Shown here: positions 58,461 to 64,000 of the stretch, piece by piece
Layout of the letters: each line of letters begins with the position of its first letter
Position numbering within the stretch: the first letter of the stretch is position 1
Assembly: GCA_963737905.1 (NCBI GenBank)
Contig: CAVTUQ010000009.1
Location: forward strand, 32,001 to 96,000
From: an uncultured delta proteobacterium
GTDB taxonomy: Bacteria > Desulfobacterota > Binatia > UBA9968
DNA: 64,000 bases
Reading direction: 5' to 3'
Notes under the pieces: generated by a model
The model's input: only the letters and a program-made list of their open reading frames with translations
Told to the model about the DNA's origin: nothing
Databases searched by the model: none
Made by a program: the position numbers and the translations under genes

Positions 58461-60344
58461 ATGAACTCAGGAACTAACGGACAGAGTGATTTTGAATACA
58501 TCGTGGTCGGCTCGGGCGCCGGCGGCGGAACCGTCGCGGCGCGATTGGCAGAGGCCGGGCACAAAGTGCTCGTACTGGAAGCGGGCGGCGACCCGTACAA
58601 ACTGAAGGGCGGTGTGCGGTGGGACCCGAAAAGAATCAGCTTGCCGGACGATTATGACGTTCCGTGTTTCCACGGTATCTCCACCGAGAGTGACGCGATC
58701 CGCTGGGACTTCTGGGTGCGTCACTACAGCAACGATCAGCAGCAGCAGAAAGACCCCAAGCATCGCGACATCAACGGAGAGCCCAGGATACTCTATCCAC
58801 GAGCCGGGGGCTTGGGAGGCTGCACGACGCACAACGCCATGATTACGGTCTACCCCCACAACAAGGATTGGGAAGATCTCGCCGATCTGACGGGCGATCC
58901 TTCGTGGAAGGCGGAGAACATGCGCAAGTATTATCAGCGCATGGAGAACTGTCATTATCGAAGGTTTCCGTGGCGGTGGATATACAAACTCTTTGGCTGG
59001 AATCCCATACGTCATGGCTACGACGGCTGGCTCTCCACAGAAGTCGCGGTTCCGGTTGAGGCGCTGAAGAAAGATAAACGACTCGTGGAGGTGATTGTAA
59101 AATCGGCCAAAGCCGCGGCAAAGAGTGTTGAGATGCCCGTCAAGCGTGTCTGGTGGTCCTTGCTCGGCCGGCTCGACCCGAACGACTGGCGCTTGGTGAA
59201 CGATAACGCGGTCGGAATTCGGCTGCCGCCTTTGGCCACGTATCGGCGCCGTCGCAACGGCACACGGGAATTTTTGCTGGATGTCCAAAAGAGATATCCG
59301 GGCAATCTGACCATAGAGCTTAACGCTCTTGCAACCAAAGTGTTGTTCGATGGGAAGAATCGAGCGGTCGGCGTCGAGTATCTCAAGGGCGAGAGGCTGT
59401 ACCGGGCCCACTGCGATCCCAGTGATCAGCCGAGCGAAGAAAAGTCGGTCCGGGCAACGCGCGAAGTGATCCTCGCAGGCGGCGCCTTCAACACGCCGCA
59501 GCTTTTGATGCTTTCCGGAATTGGGCCGAAGGACGAGCTGAAGAAACACGGCATCGATGTTCGCGTCGGTCTTCCCGGCGTGGGACGAAATCTCCAGGAC
59601 CGCTACGAGGTCGGCGTCGTCAACCGGATGAAAACAGACTGGACTGTCCTTAAAGACGCCATGTTCGATACGAGTGACCCACAGTTCCAAGATTGGAAGG
59701 GAAGCCAACGCGGCGTCTACATCACCAACGGGGCGGTCATCGCTGTCATCAAAAAGTCGGACAAGTCGCGCCCGCTACCCGATCTCTTCTGCTTCGCGCT
59801 GGTGGGTAAGTTTCGCGGCTACGAGCCGAACTATTCGCAGGAGATCGTCCTTCACCACAACTATCTCACCTGGGCGGTTTTGAAGGCGCATACGAACAAC
59901 ACCGGAGGCACAGTCGCTTTGAAATCCGCCGACCCACGCGAAACGCCCGAAATTAATTTCCACTACTTCGAAGAAGGGACGGGCAAATGGGAAGAAGACG
60001 TCGAGTCGGTGGTCGGTGGCATCAAGTTTGTCCGCGCGATCAACTCACACGTCCAGGATGTTTTCGAGGAAGAAGAGGCGCCGGACCAGGAGGAGCGAAA
60101 GGATCTGGCTCAATTCGTAAAGGATAACGCCTGGGGCCATCACGCCTCCTGTACTTGCAAGATCGGGCGCCAAGACGATCCGATGGCGGTCCTCGACGGC
60201 AATTTTCGAGTGTATGGGACCGAGGGCCTGCGCGTGGTCGATGCCTCCGTGTTTCCAAGGATCCCGGGATTTTTCATCGTTACTTCGGTTTACATGATCG
60301 CGGAAAAGGCGGCCGACGTGATTCTCGCCGATGCGAGAAGATAA
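58461..60344 (+). CDS. GMC oxidoreductase (FAD-dependent)
   Basis: VVGSGAGGG, LGGCTTHNAM, TPQLLMLSGIG, HHASCTCKIG, LRVVDASVFP. Confidence 0.93.
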   Translation: MNSGTNGQSDFEYIVVGSGAGGGTVAARLAEAGHKVLVLEAGGDPYKLKGGVRWDPKRISLPDDYDVPCFHGISTESDAIRWDFWVRHYSNDQQQQKDPKHRDINGEPRILYPRAGGLGGCTTHNAMITVYPHNKDWEDLADLTGDPSWKAENMRKYYQRMENCHYRRFPWRWIYKLFGWNPIRHGYDGWLSTEVAVPVEALKKDKRLVEVIVKSAKAAAKSVEMPVKRVWWSLLGRLDPNDWRLVNDNAVGIRLPPLATYRRRRNGTREFLLDVQKRYPGNLTIELNALATKVLFDGKNRAVGVEYLKGERLYRAHCDPSDQPSEEKSVRATREVILAGGAFNTPQLLMLSGIGPKDELKKHGIDVRVGLPGVGRNLQDRYEVGVVNRMKTDWTVLKDAMFDTSDPQFQDWKGSQRGVYITNGAVIAVIKKSDKSRPLPDLFCFALVGKFRGYEPNYSQEIVLHHNYLTWAVLKAHTNNTGGTVALKSADPRETPEINFHYFEEGTGKWEEDVESVVGGIKFVRAINSHVQDVFEEEEAPDQEERKDLAQFVKDNAWGHHASCTCKIGRQDDPMAVLDGNFRVYGTEGLRVVDASVFPRIPGFFIVTSVYMIAEKAADVILADARR

Positions 60345-60410
60345 GGAGATTCGGCGATTCCTGGTGCGTACAAAAATTTTTTACGCTGGTCGGCCTGCCT
60401 AAATGCGGAA

Positions 60411-63298
60411 TTGTTTTACCTGCCGGTGCTGAGCAGGCCGGTCCCTTGTCTCATAGTGGCCGCGATGCTCTCCTTTGGAGGATGCGCCGGCAAGCCGGGG
60501 GATTTGATCGCTTGCGGCAAAGTCGCATGGAGTGGGTTTCGCAAGGTTGCCGACGACCGAGCCGAGCGGTTCCTGGGCAAGGTCAAAGAGGAGACCGCCC
60601 GCTGCCGCGGCGGTGAGAAAGCCGTTGAGTCACGGGGCCTGCCATGGGTCGACTGGCAGAATTACTGGGCAACGGGCGACATCGCTAGCAAAGGACCGGA
60701 GCCGCTCTGGAAGCTCGGGCACCTGAGCCCCAACGGCCGTGGCATCGACGGTGCGCTGCTCGATCTCGAATATCAGCGCATGGAGTTGATCAAATTCAAC
60801 CTCTTCGACAACAGCGGGACCTACAAAGATTACGTGCGCGGCCGCGACGGCTTCGAGGTGCTGCGCTGAAGATTTGGGACGAGATGCGGTTGCCCAAAGA
60901 CCATCCGCATTATGCAGCCGTCGGCGGCGATGGCCAGCAGCTCTGCCGGGGCGAGTTGATTCGCTTCCGCAACCTGACCGGAATTTGCAACGATATCAGA
61001 AATCCGCTCATGGGCTCGGCCGATCAGCCGTTCGCGCGCAACGTTCAATTCGAGGTCACCTTCCCGGATTTGGGCCAAAACTTGTATGCGCGAAACCGGC
61101 ACGGCGATCGCCTGGGGCTGTTGAAGCCAGACCCGCAGGTGATCAGCCGCAAGCTCTTCACGCGCGCCCAATCGCATCCTGAAAAATGCCGCGCGGGGCA
61201 CGGGCTTCCAGGTGATTCGGCCCAGGCGGAATGCGATTACAAGAAAGCGCCGTTCTTCAACGTGCTGGCGGCCTTCTGGATCCAGTTCATGACGCACGAT
61301 TGGTTCTCGCACTTGGAGGAAGGGCACAACTCGCCTGAGATGATGACGGTGGGCTGTGCGTCGCAGCGGATCGGGGATATCGAGCAGCCGTTGAATCCGC
61401 AGCAAGTTGCAAAATTGGGCTGCCGTCCCGGAGATCGGATGGACAAGAGCTATGTGAGTGAGGTCGGCGAACCTTCAAAGTTCACTCATCAGGGAAGGGA
61501 GTATCTGAATCGTGCGTACAAGACCACCCGCAATACCGTTACGGCATGGTGGGACGCCTCGCAAATTTACGGATGGGATGAGGCCTCGCGGCAGCGCGTC
61601 AAGCGCGATCCCAGCGATCCGGCGAAATTGCTAATGCTATCGACACGCTCCGGCGAAGCGCAAGGCTACCTTCCGGTGTTCGGCGCTTCCGATCCAATCA
61701 ATCCCCAGTGGGCCGGACAGGAAGCGACGGCCTTCCCGGACAACTGGACGATCGGCCTGAGTTTTTTTCACAATGTCTTCGCCCGCGAGCACAACCAGTT
61801 TGTCGATGAGTTCAGAAAACGCGTTGCGGATAAGCCGGATGAAGACTCGGGCCTGCGCAATCCGGCGCGGCCGGATGAGAAGATTCCCTATAAGAATGTG
61901 ACGGCGGACGAACTTTTTGAAATCGCTCGGCTCGTCGTCGCCGCAGAGATCGCCAAGATTCACACCCTCGAATGGACGCCGCAGTTGCTTTATGATGAGC
62001 CGCTCCACCTGGCGATGAACGCCAATTGGCACGGACTGTTTCGCGGTAAGGACTTGGTCCAGGCAGCGCTAGAGAAAATCATCGCCAACAGCTTCAGCCA
62101 ATCAAAAGACCCAAAGAAAGCCGGCAAGTGGTACTCGGTCTTCGCATCGGGCCCCGGAATCTTCGGCCTCGGCAGTCGCGTGTATACGGACGACGCGATC
62201 TTTGCGAAATACGACCCAAAAAAAACCGATATCTGGAGCCTGAAAAACCCCGATCACGTCAATGGCGGGACCAATCACTTCGGCTCGCCATTCAACTTTC
62301 CGGAAGAGTTCATCACGGTGTACCGGCTGCATGCGATGGTTCCCGATCTGATCGAATATCGCGAGTCGGGGAAATATCCGAACGTGATCCTTAACAAGAT
62401 CCCGGTGGTAGACACCTTTCGCGGCCGCGCCACCACGGCGATGCGGAAGCGCGGGCTGGCGAACTGGGCGCTCTCTATGGGGCGCCAGCGACTGGGGGTG
62501 CTCACGCTGCAGAACCATCCACAGTTCCTGCAGAACCTGGAACTGCCCCGGCTGCACAGCGCGACGGGGAAGATCGATGTGGCGGCGCTCGACATTATCC
62601 GCGACCGCGAGCGGGGCGTGCCGCGCTTTAATGAATTTCGCCGCCAGTACGGTCTCAGGCAACTGACGAGCTTCGACGATTTCGTCGACCGGCGGCTGCC
62701 CAAGGACTCCCCCGAGCTGGCGGAACAGGAACGATTGATGGGTATCCTGCGGGAGGTGTACGGTCAGCACAAATGTGACGCTTCGAAAATTATCACTACG
62801 GCGCAGGTGAACGACGACGAGAAGCATACGCCGATCAACGACTGCCTGGGACACGCCGACGGAAGCCTGGTGGACAACATCGAAGATGTCGATACGGTCG
62901 TCGGTTGGCTCGCGGAGTTTCCCAGGCCGCACGGTTTCGCGATTTCCGAAACTCAATTTCAGGTTTTTATCCTCAATGCGTCACGCCGGCTCTTTAGCGA
63001 CCGGTTTTTTACTTCGAGCTTTCGCCCGGAGTTTTACAGCCACCTCGGTGTGAAGTGGATCAATGAAAACGGCCCTGACGGTGTAATCAAGGAGAAGAAC
63101 AAGTCGAACGGTCGTGAGGTCGAGATCTCGCCATTGAAACGAGTCTTGCTGCGAACCATTCCGGAGTTGGCGCCGGAGCTCGCACCTGTCGTGAACGCGT
63201 TCGACCCGTGGGCCCGCGATCGTGGCGAGTACTATTCGTTAAACTGGAGGCCCCGCCCTGGAGCTGAGTCAGATCAGGTGTTCAGAGTTTTGCAATGA
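60411..63298 (+). CDS. Haem peroxidase-cyclooxygenase family lipoprotein, alpha-dioxygenase-like; frameshift near 60857
   Basis: ORFs 60411-60869 and 60884-63298 join if one G is added (FEGAALKIWDEMRLP); WIQFMTHDW, EEFITVYRLH, RDRERGVPRFNEFRR, GFAISET..ASRRLFSDRFFT. Confidence 0.85.
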
Positions 63299-63477
63299 GT
63301 CGCCGCGTCTGCCAACTGTCGGGGGTCATGGGCCGTCGCTCGAGTGGCCGAAAAGACTCATCAGCGCCATTTATAACGCCAAAGACTCTATAGCTCAGGC
63401 AACAATTCGCAAAGCCGCCAAGTCAGATGCGTCAATGATCTTCAATCGGTTCTCCGCGTCACGTAATTCACGCACCC

Positions 63478-64000
63478 ATGACATCGATTCCCGCTGAGCT
63501 TTACGCGTTGGTGAACGCGTTCTTGTTTGCGCTGCACAATATGTTCACCAAAAAGGCGCTCCGTTACTCGAACCCGGCCACCGCCGTGATCAGCGGTCTC
63601 TTGATCAATATTATTTTTCTCTGGGGTCTCTCTGTCTTGTTCGCGCCGTTGTCGTCTTTGACCAGGGCTTCGATTTTGATCTTTGCGGCGGTTGGCCTGT
63701 TTCAGCCCGGGCTCACGCGCTTGCTTAGTTATAAAGGCATCGACGCCCTCGGTGTGGCGATTACCGATCCGATCCGAGCGACTACACCGCTGTTCAGCGC
63801 TATGATGGCGATCATTTTCCTCGGCGAAAAACTCACACTGCCGATCGTGGTTGCTACTTTGATGATTGTGGCGGGTATTACGCTGTTGTCGTGGCGTAGC
63901 GGTTCGATGAAACTCGCCGGGTCGGCGGTTTTTCTGTGGTACCCGATCGCAGCGTCGGCACTGGCGGGCGCTACTCAAGTCGTTCGCAAGGTCGGTCTGG
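63478..64000 (+). CDS. EamA/DMT family transporter (runs off window edge)
   Basis: Not in ORF track; MTSIPAELYALVNAFLFALHN...GLFQPGLTR...TPLFSAMMAIIFLGEKLT. Confidence 0.85.
   Translation, partial: MTSIPAELYALVNAFLFALHNMFTKKALRYSNPATAVISGLLINIIFLWGLSVLFAPLSSLTRASILIFAAVGLFQPGLTRLLSYKGIDALGVAITDPIRATTPLFSAMMAIIFLGEKLTLPIVVATLMIVAGITLLSWRSGSMKLAGSAVFLWYPIAASALAGATQVVRKVGL

Noticed and set aside
58467-59708. 413-aa antisense ORF, and similar long shadows such as 4662-5483 and 62102-62956
   Set aside because: They lie opposite well-supported genes, have no motifs, and are expected from GC-rich codon bias.
60851-60870. Programmed ribosomal frameshifting at the three frameshift sites
   Set aside because: I saw no convincing slippery site with a stimulatory structure; only AAACCCC at 26126 resembles a weak slippery heptamer. 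Mutation or assembly error is simpler.

Overview
A 64 kb bacterial chromosomal window of moderately high GC. Gene content and style suggest a Deltaproteobacteria-like lineage such as Candidatus Binatia; this is inference, not tested. Four blocks are present. (1) 1-12.3 kb: DUF3500/VOC/phosphatase/GtrA genes and a TetR-mdtA(frameshifted)-mdtB-mdtC-outer-membrane-factor RND efflux operon. (2) About 12.4-30.2 kb: an accessory island of small secreted proteins, degP-tatA, mlaC, a cupin, an NTP-transferase, ftsH and a kinase/sigma54-activator/receiver trio, with 11 GG-N10-GC sigma54-type promoters that I read directly from the sequence. (3) 30.4-48.6 kb: mostly housekeeping genes (MFS, cobB, amidohydrolase, RidA, SH3 proteins, trpE-trpG with a Trp attenuator and an archaeal-type ThrRS editing domain, IclR, Fe-S oxidoreductase, archaeal-type GAPDH-like, tldD-pmbA). 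(4) 48.7-63.3 kb: the most striking feature, an apparently uncharacterised 8-gene haem/oxidative operon (DUF4331, TPR, HupE/UreJ, di-haem cytochrome c lipoprotein, DUF4331, catalase-like, GMC oxidoreductase, plant alpha-dioxygenase-like haem peroxidase) behind a highly structured ~270-nt leader. Palindromic arrays of 9-mer and 7-mer tandem repeats recur in intergenic spacers. Three apparent single-base frameshifts could be real or assembly errors. I saw no rRNA, tRNA, CRISPR array or transposase. All family assignments come from motif recognition by eye, not database searches.
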